DNA of 64,000 bases from an uncultured Acidobacteriota bacterium (GCA_963822445.1 CAWGHO010000002.1:800001-864000), one strand, 5' to 3'. Shown: positions 39,321 to 49,750, counted from the first letter of the stretch. Numbers and translations: made by a program. The notes: generated by a model from the sequence alone, not told the origin.

Positions 39321-40112
39321 ATGCTCAAACGAACACTCTTCCTCGTTTACGGTGTCGCGGCCTACGCCTTCTTCCTGGGCACGTTTCTGTACGCGATCGC
39401 ATTCGTCGGCGGCTTGCTCGTGCCGACGTCGCTGGACGGTCCGGCGACGGACTCGCTGCCGAAAGCGCTGCTGATCGACGCCGGCCTGCTCACGCTGTTC
39501 GCCGTGCAGCACAGCGTGATGGCGCGCCGCTGGTTCAAGGAGCGCTGGACGCGAATCATCCCGCCGACGCTGGAACGCTCGACGTACGTGCTGTTCGCGA
39601 GCGCCGCGCTGGCCTTCCTCTTGTGGCAATGGCGCCCGCTCGGCGGCTCGGTCTGGTCGGTGGAACACCCCGCCGCCCGTTCCGTGCTCTGGCTCCTCTT
39701 CGCGATCGGCTGGCTGCAGGTGCTGGTGACGACGTTCCTGATCAACCACTTCGACCTGTTCGGCCTGCGCCAGGTCTGGCTGCACTTCCGCGGCCGCCCG
39801 TACACGAAAGTACACTTCGCCACCCCCGCCCCCTACCGCTTCGTCCGCCACCCCCTCTACCTCGGCTTCCTGATCGCGTTCTGGTCCACGCCGAACATGA
39901 CCCTCGCCCACCTGTTCTTCGCGGTGATGACCACCGCGTACATCGTGGTGGCGATCCAGTTCGAGGAGCGGGACCTGTTGCATGAGCATGGGGTTCCGTA
40001 CGAGGAGTATCGGCGGAGTGTGCCGATGCTGTTGCCGATGGGGCGGGGTGGCCGGAGCGCCGGCGTCCCGCCGGCGGGGGCGCAGGCGGGACGCCTGCGG
40101 GAGGGGAGTTAG
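39321..40112 (+). CDS. mddA: Methanethiol S-methyltransferase MddA-like (ICMT family)
   Basis: QHSVMAR, ERSTYVL, FLINHFDLFG, VRHPLYLGF, EERDL. Confidence 0.8.
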   Translation: MLKRTLFLVYGVAAYAFFLGTFLYAIAFVGGLLVPTSLDGPATDSLPKALLIDAGLLTLFAVQHSVMARRWFKERWTRIIPPTLERSTYVLFASAALAFLLWQWRPLGGSVWSVEHPAARSVLWLLFAIGWLQVLVTTFLINHFDLFGLRQVWLHFRGRPYTKVHFATPAPYRFVRHPLYLGFLIAFWSTPNMTLAHLFFAVMTTAYIVVAIQFEERDLLHEHGVPYEEYRRSVPMLLPMGRGGRSAGVPPAGAQAGRLREGS

Positions 40113-40267
40113 ATCAGCTTCAAAAATTCATCCGCCGTCAGCCGAATGTCGCGTCCATCGGCATGGCGAAACTGTTTGTGGGAGCCACGCTGTCGGACCT
40201 CTACGAAGCCGAGGTGGCTGAGAATGCTGACGACCTCTCTCGGTTTGAGAATCGGCAGCTTCGGCAT
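40109..40267 (-). pseudogene. hicA: HicA toxin with internal in-frame deletion (52 aa)
   Basis: MPKLPILKPREVVSILSHLGFVEVRQRGSHKQFRHADGR|DIRLTADEFLKLI; usual VPxH strand and following helix absent; not in ORF track. Confidence 0.75.
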
Positions 40268-40476
40268 CAGCCAATCTGAACCAATTGCGTTCCGACGAAC
40301 TCCGCTTCAATCTGCGGCTCTCCATCTTCCAGGAGCATCGCTAAAACTTCGCGCAAGTTCGCGTTCAGTTCGTCGAGCGATTCCGCCTGCGTGTGCGCAC
40401 CCGGGAAACCGGGGATGAATCCGACAAACAGGCCCGTCTCTGCTGAACGTTCGACGACGGCGGTGTAGGTCTTCAT
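40267..40476 (-). CDS. hicB: HicB family antitoxin
   Basis: YTAVVE..PGFPGAHTQAESLDEL..NLREV; TGATG coupling to hicA. Confidence 0.9.
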   Translation of the reverse strand: MKTYTAVVERSAETGLFVGFIPGFPGAHTQAESLDELNANLREVLAMLLEDGEPQIEAEFVGTQLVQIG

Positions 40477-40520
40477 GCAAGGAAGGCTAACACGCGTTGA
40501 GGTGTCGCGATTCTGAACCG

Positions 40521-40823
40521 TCATTCGAAGTCCACCTTCGCGTTTTCGGGCAATGCAAACGTTCCAAAGCACTGACCGCACTCCAAACGGAGGTTCGTGC
40601 CGCTCTCCCAATCGACCTTGTCACTGCTTGCATCGGCAGTTAGAACAAGTGCTCCGTCTTCGTCACGCTGCGCTTCGAAGATCCACGACCGCACGACTTC
40701 CTCTACCAGCCGGAACGGTGTCCATCCATTCGTCTGCCATGCGCCGTGATCCTCACCATGATTCCCGCAATGCGGACAGACGATCGGCAGCTCGCTCCAC
40801 AACGTCTGTGGCTCGTCACTCAC
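40521..40823 (-). CDS. Small acidic zinc-ribbon protein
   Basis: CPHC ... CGQC. Confidence 0.6.
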   Translation of the reverse strand: MSDEPQTLWSELPIVCPHCGNHGEDHGAWQTNGWTPFRLVEEVVRSWIFEAQRDEDGALVLTADASSDKVDWESGTNLRLECGQCFGTFALPENAKVDFE

Positions 40824-40904
40824 ACCACGACGATACCTCGGTGCGCAGCACACCCTGGCTAAATCCCCGCCAGGTAGAATCAGACACCTTCAGCACCGTA
40901 AAAC

Positions 40905-43900
40905 ATGGCGAACTTGCCTGATGGCCTCTACGACCTGCTCATCACGCGTGCGGTTGAGCGTGAGTTGCAGCACATCGATTCGTCACGCCGGTTTGCGGAT
41001 GAACAACTCGATCCGGCGGAAGCTCACCTTCCTCTGGCCAGGCACATCGCGGCGATCGTGAAGACAGCATTGCGCGGAGTCCCCGATGAGGAACGCGCGG
41101 TCCGCCAGACTGAGATCTGCAACGAGATCGTTCGCACGCTGACCGCGGCCTTACCGAACGAAGTGGATGAAGGCGATCTCGTCGCCGAACCGCCGCGGAA
41201 ACTTGCGGCGATCTATCCATTCGACCCGCTCCGCGAAGCGCGACCTCCGGCGCCGGAGATTCCGCTGGGGCAGAGCGATCTCCTGGTCAATGCGCGCGAC
41301 GAGCCGCGCATCGGAGCGGTACTGGAACGGGAGATCGAATCAGCAGATCGCATCGACCTGATCATCGCCTTCATCCGCTGGAGCGGCCTCCGCCTGATTG
41401 AGCCGAAGCTGCGCGCGTTCGTCGGCCGCGGCGGCCGGCTGCGCGTGATCACCACGACGTACACAGGTTCGACCGAGCGGCTGGCCATCGAGCATCTGAT
41501 TGCGCTGGGTGCCGAGGTGAAGGTCTCGTACCAGACCGACATGACCCGGCTCCACGCAAAGGCGTGGCTCTTTCACCGTGAATCCGGCTTCTCCACAGTC
41601 TTCATCGGCTCGTCGAATCTCTCCACCTCGGCAATGCGCGACGGCCTCGAGTGGAACGTGCGGCTATCGCAGGTCGATGCGCCGACGATCGTCGAGAAGT
41701 TTAGCGCTACGTTCGATTCGTACTGGGAGCATCCCGACTTCGAGAGCTGGGTGCCCGGCCGCGATGAAGAACGGTTTGACCGCGCCGTAGCTTCTGCTGC
41801 GAGCGATCAACCGAAAGTCACGTTCTTCGGGATCGAGGTCGAGCCGTGGCCCTACCAGAAGGAGATGCTCGAACAGCTCACTGTCGAGCGTTATCGGCAC
41901 AACCGATGGCAGAACCTTGTCGTCGCCGCCACTGGTACCGGCAAGACTGTCGTCGCCGCGCTCGATTACAGGAGACTAAATGACCGGGACGAGCCGCTAC
42001 CGTGGAGTGTGCGACGGCCCTTGTCACTCCTTTTCATCGCCCACCGAAAGGAGATCCTGCAGCAGTCGCTGGATACATTCCGGGCGGTGATGCGCGACGG
42101 CTCTTTCGGCGAGTTGTACGTCGACGGTAGTCGGCCTAGCGAATGGCAGCATGTGTTCGCGTCGATCCAGTCGCTGAATACTCTCGACGTCGCCGCGATC
42201 GATCCTCAGAAGTTCGACGTCGTGATTGTCGATGAGTTCCACCACGCCGCTGCGCCTACTTACGACAAGCTACTCAAGCATCTCAAGCCGAAGATCCTCC
42301 TCGGACTGACAGCGACTCCCGAGCGCACGGACGGCGAACCAATCCTGCAGTGGTTCGGCGGCCGGATCGCGGTCGAGTTGCGTTTATGGGATGCGCTCGA
42401 TCGGGGATTGCTGTCACCGTTTCACTACTTCGGCGTGCATGACAACGTCGACTTATCGCAAGTTACCTGGCGACGCGGGCGTTACGACGACAGAGAGCTG
42501 GAGAACGTTTACACCGGAAACGATGCGCGGGTCGGACAGATCCTCACCCAGCTGCAGCAAAAGGTCGGCAACCTCGGCGGCATGCGCGCTCTCGGCTTCT
42601 GCGTCGGGGTGCACCACGCGGAGTTCATGGCCCGGCGTTTTCGTGACGCAGGCATCGCCGCCGAGGCTGTGCTGGGAACCACGGACAGCGCCGCACGCGA
42701 TCAAGCTTTGCACAAGCTGAAGCACGGCGAGATTCAGTGCCTGTTCGCTGTCGACATCTTTAACGAAGGCGTGGACGTCCCGCAGGTGGACACGGTGATG
42801 TTTCTCCGGCCTACGGAGAGCGCGCTGATCTTCCTGCAGCAGCTCGGCCGCGGCCTTCGCCGCGCGCGCGACAAGCAATGCTTGACCGTGCTCGACTTCA
42901 TCGGCAATGCCCATCGCAACTTCCGCTTCGATCTCCGCTTTCGCGCTCTGACGGGGGCAACTCGCTCCGAGATGGAAGAGCAGGTTACCGGCGGATTTCC
43001 CTACCTGCCGGCGGGCTGTTCGATTCAGTTGGACCGAGAAGCCGGCAAAATCGTACTGGACAATCTAAAACAGTCGATCGGCGCAACCTTCAAGAGCCTC
43101 GTAAACGAGCTGCGGAGCATGCAGCCGCCTGTCACGCTCGCCGAATTTTTAGGTGACGCGGCAATCGAGCCGGAGGAACTTTATCGTAGCCGCGGCTGGT
43201 CATGGACTCGACTAAAGCGCGAGGCTGGACACAACCTAACCTCAGCAATTCGTGTTGCAGACAAAACGGCATCCGTAGGTTCTTCGGACGAGGAGAAACT
43301 GCTGAACTCACTGAGCCGCGTTCTGCACATCGATGATGAACGACGACTAAAGTTCCTGCGGCAGGTCGTCTCGCGCGACCAGATCGATGTTGAGTCGATC
43401 GCACCCGCCGCTCGCCGCATCCTCGACGGCTTCATGATGACCTTGTGGGGAAATGAGGAGCGCGACATCTCCTCGGCTGTTGATCGCGTACTTCGCCAGA
43501 GTGACGTGCGTTCGGAACTACGTGAACTGCTGCAACTCCTCGACGATAGAGCCGGCCACCGTACCTTTCCATTAATCGATGAACTCCCGTCTCCAGCGAA
43601 GGCGATCTTTACGGACGTTCCGTTGGAAGTGCACGCGCGTTACAGCCGAGACGAGATCCTCGCCGCGATTGGACGCGTAAAGTTCGGCGACTCGTTCAGT
43701 TCACGTGAAGGAGTGCTCTGGCATCCAGCTACGAAGACAGACTACTTCTTCGTGACTCTGCAGAAGAGTGAGAAGCATTACTCGCCCTCGACACGCTACC
43801 GCGACTACGCGATCTCGCCTGACCTTTTCCACTGGGAATCGCAGTCGCAGACACCCGAAAAGAGCGCCACCGGCCAGCGATACATCCACCACACGAAGGG

Positions 43901-44090
43901 CGAAACGAATGTGATGCTCTTCGTCCGTCCGTCTAACAAGGATGGCTACGGCCGTACACCAGCCTTTACGTTCTTAGGCCCGGCCACCTATCAGAGTCAT
44001 ATCGGTGAGCGGCCGATGGCCATCGTCTGGAAGCTGCATCGTCCGATGCCGTTGGACATCTTCAGCCTGGCCCGGGTTGCGGCGGGTTAA
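40905..44090 (+). CDS. PLD nuclease-SF2 helicase-DUF3427 protein (SauUSI-like type IV restriction enzyme)
   Basis: LHAK..GSSN, ATGTGKT, DEFHH, TATPER, QQLGRGLR, C-terminal Y.DY..S..LFHWESQ. Confidence 0.85.
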   Translation: MANLPDGLYDLLITRAVERELQHIDSSRRFADEQLDPAEAHLPLARHIAAIVKTALRGVPDEERAVRQTEICNEIVRTLTAALPNEVDEGDLVAEPPRKLAAIYPFDPLREARPPAPEIPLGQSDLLVNARDEPRIGAVLEREIESADRIDLIIAFIRWSGLRLIEPKLRAFVGRGGRLRVITTTYTGSTERLAIEHLIALGAEVKVSYQTDMTRLHAKAWLFHRESGFSTVFIGSSNLSTSAMRDGLEWNVRLSQVDAPTIVEKFSATFDSYWEHPDFESWVPGRDEERFDRAVASAASDQPKVTFFGIEVEPWPYQKEMLEQLTVERYRHNRWQNLVVAATGTGKTVVAALDYRRLNDRDEPLPWSVRRPLSLLFIAHRKEILQQSLDTFRAVMRDGSFGELYVDGSRPSEWQHVFASIQSLNTLDVAAIDPQKFDVVIVDEFHHAAAPTYDKLLKHLKPKILLGLTATPERTDGEPILQWFGGRIAVELRLWDALDRGLLSPFHYFGVHDNVDLSQVTWRRGRYDDRELENVYTGNDARVGQILTQLQQKVGNLGGMRALGFCVGVHHAEFMARRFRDAGIAAEAVLGTTDSAARDQALHKLKHGEIQCLFAVDIFNEGVDVPQVDTVMFLRPTESALIFLQQLGRGLRRARDKQCLTVLDFIGNAHRNFRFDLRFRALTGATRSEMEEQVTGGFPYLPAGCSIQLDREAGKIVLDNLKQSIGATFKSLVNELRSMQPPVTLAEFLGDAAIEPEELYRSRGWSWTRLKREAGHNLTSAIRVADKTASVGSSDEEKLLNSLSRVLHIDDERRLKFLRQVVSRDQIDVESIAPAARRILDGFMMTLWGNEERDISSAVDRVLRQSDVRSELRELLQLLDDRAGHRTFPLIDELPSPAKAIFTDVPLEVHARYSRDEILAAIGRVKFGDSFSSREGVLWHPATKTDYFFVTLQKSEKHYSPSTRYRDYAISPDLFHWESQSQTPEKSATGQRYIHHTKGETNVMLFVRPSNKDGYGRTPAFTFLGPATYQSHIGERPMAIVWKLHRPMPLDIFSLARVAAG

Positions 44091-44108
44091 CCCGCGATCG
44101 AAACACCA

Positions 44109-44130
44109 GGGGCGGCCTTTCGGCCGCCCC
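44109..44130. terminator. GC-rich hairpin between convergent genes
   Basis: ggggcggcc-tttc-ggccgcccc. Confidence 0.65.
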
Positions 44131-44187
44131 TTCCAAAGAACCATCACGGGTGCAGATTGCGACGGGACTACGCCATGCGTCGCGCTA

Positions 44188-47075
44188 CTACGAGCACCCA
44201 CTCGTCGAGCCGCAGTTGAGGCATTTGTAGCAGGCGCCGTTGCGGACCATGATCTCGCCGCAATCCGAGCAGCTGGGCGCGTCCTGCTGGTAGAGGAACG
44301 TTCCCTTCGGCGACGCGTTCACTCCATCGGCGTTTTTCGCGGGCATTACGAAGCCGACGATCTTCGACGTGTCCGAAGCCACCGGCGCGGGGGTGGCGGT
44401 GGAGACGGCGTCGATGAAGGCCACGTCGGACGCGGTCGGCGTGGTCACGTTCGACGCGGGACGGGCGGGCGCGGGCGTGGTGTCTTCGCGCAGGATCACA
44501 CCGGCGTGCTGCTGGCTCTCGCGGTCCAGGAACTTGATCGCCAGCCACTTGAAGATGTAGTCCATGATCGACTTCGTCATCGGGATCTCGGGGTTCTTCG
44601 TGAATCCCGAGGGCTCGAAGCGCGTGTGGGTGAACTTGTCGACCAGCAGCTGCAGCGGCACGCCGTGCTGCAGCGCGAGTGACGTCATCGTGGCGAAGCT
44701 GTCCATCAGGCCGGAGATCGTCGAGCCTTCCTTGGCCATGGTGATGAAGATCTCGCCGGGGCTGCCGTCCTCGTACTTGCCGACGGTGATGTAGCCTTCG
44801 TGGCCGCCGATCGAGAACTTGTGCGTGATCGACTCCCGCTCATCGGGCAGCTTGCGGCGGACCGCCGTCGGAGTGATCCCCAGCGCCTCGAGCTGCTTCT
44901 TGTCCTGCGCAGTTGACAAGGGTTGTGACCGCTTGCAACCGTCGCGATACACGGCGACGGCCTTGAGACCGAGCTTCCAGGCCTCGTAATACGCGCCTTC
45001 GATCTCCTCGGCCGTCGCGTTGGTGGGCATGTTGATGGTCTTGGAGATCGCGCCGCTGATGAACGGCTGCACGGCGCCCATCATCTTCAGGTGTCCGAGG
45101 TAGTGAATCGAGCGCACGCCGTTGGCCGGCTTGAACGCGCAGTCGAACACCGACAGGTGCGCGTCCAGCAGATGCGGCGCGCCTTCGATGGTGTCGTTGT
45201 CGTTGATGTAGTCGACGATTTCCTTGACCTGCTTCGGATCGTAGCCGAGGCGCTTGAGCGCGGTCGGGACGGTGTTGTTGACGATCTTCAGCATCCCGCC
45301 GCCGACCAGCTTCTTGTACTTCACCAGAGCGATGTCGGGCTCGATGCCGGTCGTGTCGCAATCCATCATGAAGGCGATCGTGCCGGTCGGCGCGAGCACG
45401 GAGATCTGCGCGTTGCGGTAGCCGTGCTGCTGGCCGAGGGCGTAGGCCTCGTCCCAGACCTTGCAGGCCGCGTCAGCGAGATCGGCCGGCAGCGAGCGCA
45501 CGTCGAGGCGGTACGCGCTGCGGCGATGCTTGTCGATCACGCGCAGGAACGGCTCTTCATTGACCGCGTAGCCGGCGAACGGCCCGACCTTCGCCGCGAT
45601 GCGCGCCGACTGCGCGTACGACTCGCCGGAGAGAATCGAGGTGATCGCAGCGGCGTAATCGCGGCCGTCCTCGTGAGTCATACGCGACGCCGCGGGCCAT
45701 GAGCAGCGCGCCGAGGTTCGCGTAGCCGATGCCCAGCGGGCGGAAGGCGTGCGAGTTCTTCTCGATCGCCGGCGTCGGATAGGACGCGAAGTCGACGGTG
45801 ATCTCCTGCGCGGTGATGACCACCCGCAGCGCTGCGCGATAAGCCTCGACGTCGAAGCCTTCGGTCTCGCTGTAGAACTTCATCAGGTTGAGCGAGGCAA
45901 GATTGCAGGCGGAGTCATCGAGGAACATGTACTCCGAGCAGGGATTGGACGCGTTGATGCGAGCCGTGTTCGGGCACGGATGCCAGTCGTTGACGGTCGT
46001 GTCGAACTGCAGGCCGGGATCGCCGCACAGCCAGGCCGACTGGGCCATGCGCTTCATCAGATCGCGGGCCTTGTAGGTGTCCATGACCCGGTTCTTGTCG
46101 GTGACCGCGCGGGTGCTCCAGTCGCCGTCCTTCTCGTACGAGCGCATGAACTCGTCTGTCACGCGCACGGAGTGGTTGGCGTTCTGGAAATGCACGGAGT
46201 CGTACGCGCCGCCCGGGGCATTGAACGCGCCGTCGTATCCGGCGTCGATCAGGGCCCAGGCCTTCCGCTCTTCGGTTTCCTTCGACTGGATGAAGTCGAC
46301 GATGTCCGGGTGATCGGCGTTGAGGATGACCATCTTCGCGGCGCGGCGGGTCTTGCCGCCGGACTTGATCACGCCGGCGAAGGAGTCATAGCCGCGCATG
46401 AACGAGACCGGGCCGGACGCGGTGCCGCCGCCGGCCAGGAGCTCGCGCGAGCTGCGGATGCTGGAAAGGTTCGACCCCGTTCCCGACCCGTACTTGAACA
46501 GCATCCCCTCGGTCTTCGCCAGTCCGAGGATCGAGTCCATGGTGTCCTGCACGGAGTTGATGAAGCACGCCGAGCACTGCGGGCTTCTCTTCGATTCCGA
46601 CGTTGAACCAGACCGGCGAGTTGAAGGCCGCCATCTGGTAGAGAAGGATGTGGGTGAGCTCGTCGCGGAACGTATCGCCGTCCGCTTCGGTCGCGAAGTA
46701 GCCGCCTTCGCGGCCCCACTGGGTGATGGTGCGGACCACGCGGCCGATGAGCTGGCGGACGGAGGTCTCGCGCTCGGGCGTGTTCAGGTGGCCGCGGAAG
46801 TACTTCGAGACGACGACGTTGGTGGCCATCTGCGACCAGAACTTCGGCATCTCCACTTCCTTCTGCTCGAACACGGAGGTGCCGGTCTCGCTGCTGATGG
46901 CGGCGGTGCGGATCTCCCATTCGCAGGTGTCGTAAACGTCGACGCCGGCCCTGGTGAAATAGCGGTCGATCTCGATGCCGCCGGTCCTCGTCTCCTTCTT
47001 CGCCGCCTTGCTGGATTTACCACTCCCGGCGGGCGGAGACGTGCGTGAACGGACCGACAAATCGATGGAAGTCAT
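44188..47075 (-). CDS. nrdJ: Class II (B12-dependent) ribonucleotide reductase; two frameshifts (~46581, ~45673)
   Basis: FNSPVWFN, QCSACFI, SNPCSEY, ACNLAS, APTGTI, C-terminal Zn ribbon CSDC..CLNC, spread over three frames. Confidence 0.92.
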
Positions 47076-47210
47076 GGCCTTACTCTCCTTCTCACACTTG
47101 CTCTAGAAACAAAAAAGTAGAGGAGAGCAGTTCGATCGTTCTGAAGCGCGAACTTCCATCCCCTACCTCCCCCGACACAGCCCGTCCGTTTCCGGGCGGG
47201 CGCTTTTGAC

Positions 47211-47363
47211 TCAGCGAAACGAAATACGAGACGACGCAGAAGAAGGCACCTGCGGCACCGAAGACCTGACCTTGACCGTCACCTGGTAATCACGGATCTG
47301 GATGGACACCGAGCGGACGGGGGAACGCGTTCCAGGACGAGTCTGATGCTTCAAATCCTTCAT
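47211..47363 (-). CDS. Putative 50-aa small ORF in nrdJ leader
   Basis: SD GAGGGAGG; MKDLKHQTRPGTRSPVRSVSIQIRDYQVTVKVRSS... Confidence 0.4.
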   Translation of the reverse strand: MKDLKHQTRPGTRSPVRSVSIQIRDYQVTVKVRSSVPQVPSSASSRISFR

Positions 47364-47403
47364 GGTCCTCCCTCACTTCGCCGAGTTGTATTCGATGGCG
47401 ATC

Positions 47404-47432
47404 AACCTACGCCCGCTCCCTCGCGAAGTCAA
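47404..47432 (-). promoter_or_regulatory. sigma70 promoter for nrdJ
   Basis: TTGACT-17 nt-TAGGTT on the minus strand. Confidence 0.7.
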
Positions 47433-47440
47433 GAGAGACA

Positions 47441-47487
47441 CCACAAGATCTTGTGGTCCTCTGCACACGAAACACAACATAGTGCGT
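47441..47487. promoter_or_regulatory. Tandem NrdR boxes
   Basis: CCACAAGATCTTGTGG and ACACAACATAGTGCGT, 31 bp apart, next to the RNR promoter. Confidence 0.85.
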
Positions 47488-47588
47488 AACTATTCGTGTT
47501 TGCAGAAAGTTACGCGGCAGGGCCCGCTACTGTGCGGCAGCGCTTTTCCGCTACCCGTTCCACCTGATATCCGCGAGATTCCGACAGG

Positions 47589-47665
47589 TATTCCACAGGG
47601 TTTTGCACAGTGGGAGTTCGCGGAAATCCTCAATGTTTCGCGGCTTTCTCCACACGAATTGCACA
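47589..47665 (+). promoter_or_regulatory. Cluster of DnaA-box-like 9-mers
   Basis: TATTCCACA, TTTTGCACA, TTCTCCACA, AATTGCACA in two close pairs. Confidence 0.5.
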
Positions 47666-47853
47666 GAGTTTTCGTACTGAATATCAGCGTTTCACGCCGT
47701 CATGATTTTCAGCAGCTTTTTCGGAGGAAATAGCGGACTCGGCCGGTGCGCAAAAGGGCGAAAAGCAAGCGGAATCCAATTTCTGCGGAAATCCGTCGTT
47801 GCCGCTCGTCCGACTACCAGCCGTAGTGGTCCGGGAGCCGACTGCACACAGGA

Positions 47854-47869
47854 TGTGGCACGTGGAACA
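47854..47869. other. parS-like site
   Basis: TGTGGCACGTGGAACA, 2 mismatches from TGTTCCACGTGGAACA. Confidence 0.4.
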
Positions 47870-47877
47870 ATTTCCCC

Positions 47878-48834
47878 TCAGTAATCGCCGGTCGCGCCGG
47901 CGCCGCCGAATCCGCCCTCACCTTGCGGGCGGACCTCCGGTGGATTTCCTGCGGAGTGAGGCGGGGCGATGGCGACCGTGGCCAGGGTCTCGAGGTCATC
48001 GTCGAAGGCCGTGAGCTTTGCCGGCGTGACGACGAAGCCGGTCGTGCGGCCGCGGAGGAGGCGGGAGGTGGCGAGGGAGGCGACGAGGAGAACGGCGCCG
48101 CTGATCGCCGAAACGGCTTCCTCTGAGATCCCGAACCGCGAGTGGACCGTTCCCACGGCGACGATCGCCGCCGCGGCCGCGCCGGCAAACATCGCGTGAT
48201 GCCGTTTCCGTAAGGCGCACGCGAAGGAGATTGCCGCAAACCCACCGGCCAGGGCGATGGTGAGCAACGCCCAGCGTCGATCGGCGTGCGCCTGCGCCGC
48301 GAAAGGCATGGTCACCAGGAGAATGATGAAGAGCCATTCCGTCGACGGTCGCCTCCACGTCCTGTGGAGGGCGATCAGGGCAAACGTGGCGATGAGCATC
48401 GCGGCAATCGTTCCGAGGTCGGCCTTCACCTCGAGGTAGTACGTCACGAAGAACGCGGCCAGCGCGCCGAAAAGTGGATTGCGGACGCGAAAGCCGGCGA
48501 TCCCCGCGGCCGCGGCGATCAGCAGATTCGCCTCGGGCGCACCGGTGTTTGGCAACGCCGCGAGCGCGCTGAACAAACCGCCGATCCAGAGCGCCGCTTC
48601 GACTCCGGTTCCGAACCACCGGCGCCCGTGAATCAGAAACTCCGCCAGCACGATGCAGAGCACCGCCGTGAGCAGTTCCTGTTTGGTGAGCGTGTAGAAC
48701 GCGGCGATGCCGGCAACGGTCAGCAGGAAGAAGACGATCTGGCCGAGAAGTCCGTAGCCGTGCCATGGTTGGGGAAGATTCGCTTCCGGCCAACGATGAT
48801 TGATCACGCGCGCGCGCTCTTGATCCGCCGTCAT
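47878..48834 (-). CDS. Hypothetical polytopic membrane protein
   Basis: Many TM segments; C-terminal GGFGGAGATGDY; coupled to upstream gene. Confidence 0.75.
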   Translation of the reverse strand: MTADQERARVINHRWPEANLPQPWHGYGLLGQIVFFLLTVAGIAAFYTLTKQELLTAVLCIVLAEFLIHGRRWFGTGVEAALWIGGLFSALAALPNTGAPEANLLIAAAAGIAGFRVRNPLFGALAAFFVTYYLEVKADLGTIAAMLIATFALIALHRTWRRPSTEWLFIILLVTMPFAAQAHADRRWALLTIALAGGFAAISFACALRKRHHAMFAGAAAAAIVAVGTVHSRFGISEEAVSAISGAVLLVASLATSRLLRGRTTGFVVTPAKLTAFDDDLETLATVAIAPPHSAGNPPEVRPQGEGGFGGAGATGDY

Positions 48835-49748
48835 TGCGCTCCCCTCTTGAAACGGCGGTGAATGAGGACGAGCACTGGAATCGCGATGAGCATCCCGGCC
48901 AGCAGCGCCAGCTCCTCATCGACGACCGTCATGGCGTAACCGACATCGGCGATGACCGCGTAGACGAACGCGTAGAGCACGAATGCCTCGACCCGCGTCC
49001 GGAAGCCCCAGAGCATGACCAGCACGGCGATGGTCGTGGTGATGAGCGCGGCCATCGGCGGCGTGCCGTCGAGAAGCAACAGGCCGCCCCAGAGCGCGAG
49101 ATTAGCCGCGAAGTGTTCGAAGACGCGAGGGAAGGTGTCCGGTGTGGTGTAGGCCTCCGGCCTGCCTTTGGGTGGGGGAATGCGGACATGAATCGCGCGC
49201 CACACCAACACCACCGCCGCACATGCGAACGCGCGCACAGCCAACTCGATCCCGAAGTTCGCCTGCCGCTCGATCCCCATCCACGCCGCGAGTGCCGCAA
49301 TCGAAAGCGACAGCACGAGCCGCGAATCGAAGCGGTACGCCGTCACGCCGTGGACGATCGCCAGCAACAGGAAATGCCGCGCGCCGTGAGCACCGAAGAC
49401 GTCGAACTGCTGTTCGATGAAGCCGACGTCCGCGGAAAGCAACAGCGCTCCGAGAAGCAGGACGTACTCGTTGACCACGCCTTTGCCGCCGCGCCGCGCC
49501 CAGATGTAGCAGGCCAGCGCCATCGCGCCGAGGATCGCGGCCAGGAACACGCGATCGAAGAGGTCGAAGTTGTTCTTCACGAACAACCCCACCGCGGTCG
49601 CGATGAGCAGCGCCCCGGCCCACGCCGAGAGCCGCACCTCGGGATAAACGGAGAAGACCTCGCGGCGCTCGCGCGCGATCAGCGCGTCAGTCGTGCGATC
49701 GCCGAGCTGGGGGCGGAGGCGTTCGAGCTCCGGTTCGAAGGAAAGCAA
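48831..49748 (-). CDS. DUF2157-like membrane protein
   Basis: FSVYPEVR..W.G.LLI..VG.FV, AYRFDSR.VLS; probable TTG start. Confidence 0.7.
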   Translation of the reverse strand: MLSFEPELERLRPQLGDRTTDALIARERREVFSVYPEVRLSAWAGALLIATAVGLFVKNNFDLFDRVFLAAILGAMALACYIWARRGGKGVVNEYVLLLGALLLSADVGFIEQQFDVFGAHGARHFLLLAIVHGVTAYRFDSRLVLSLSIAALAAWMGIERQANFGIELAVRAFACAAVVLVWRAIHVRIPPPKGRPEAYTTPDTFPRVFEHFAANLALWGGLLLLDGTPPMAALITTTIAVLVMLWGFRTRVEAFVLYAFVYAVIADVGYAMTVVDEELALLAGMLIAIPVLVLIHRRFKRGAQ

Positions 49749-49750
49749 CG

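Noticed and set aside
40054-40099. Meaningful C-terminal extension of MddA-like protein
   Set aside because: Tail is read-through into a GC-rich REP-like palindrome (gccggcgtcccgcc..ggcgggacgcc)
45557-46600. Programmed frameshifting or split nrdJ
   Set aside because: Single-base-type indels in conserved motifs with no slippery site; sequencing error is more likely, needs read check
47076-47400. Cobalamin riboswitch upstream of nrdJ
   Set aside because: B12-box and other conserved motifs not seen
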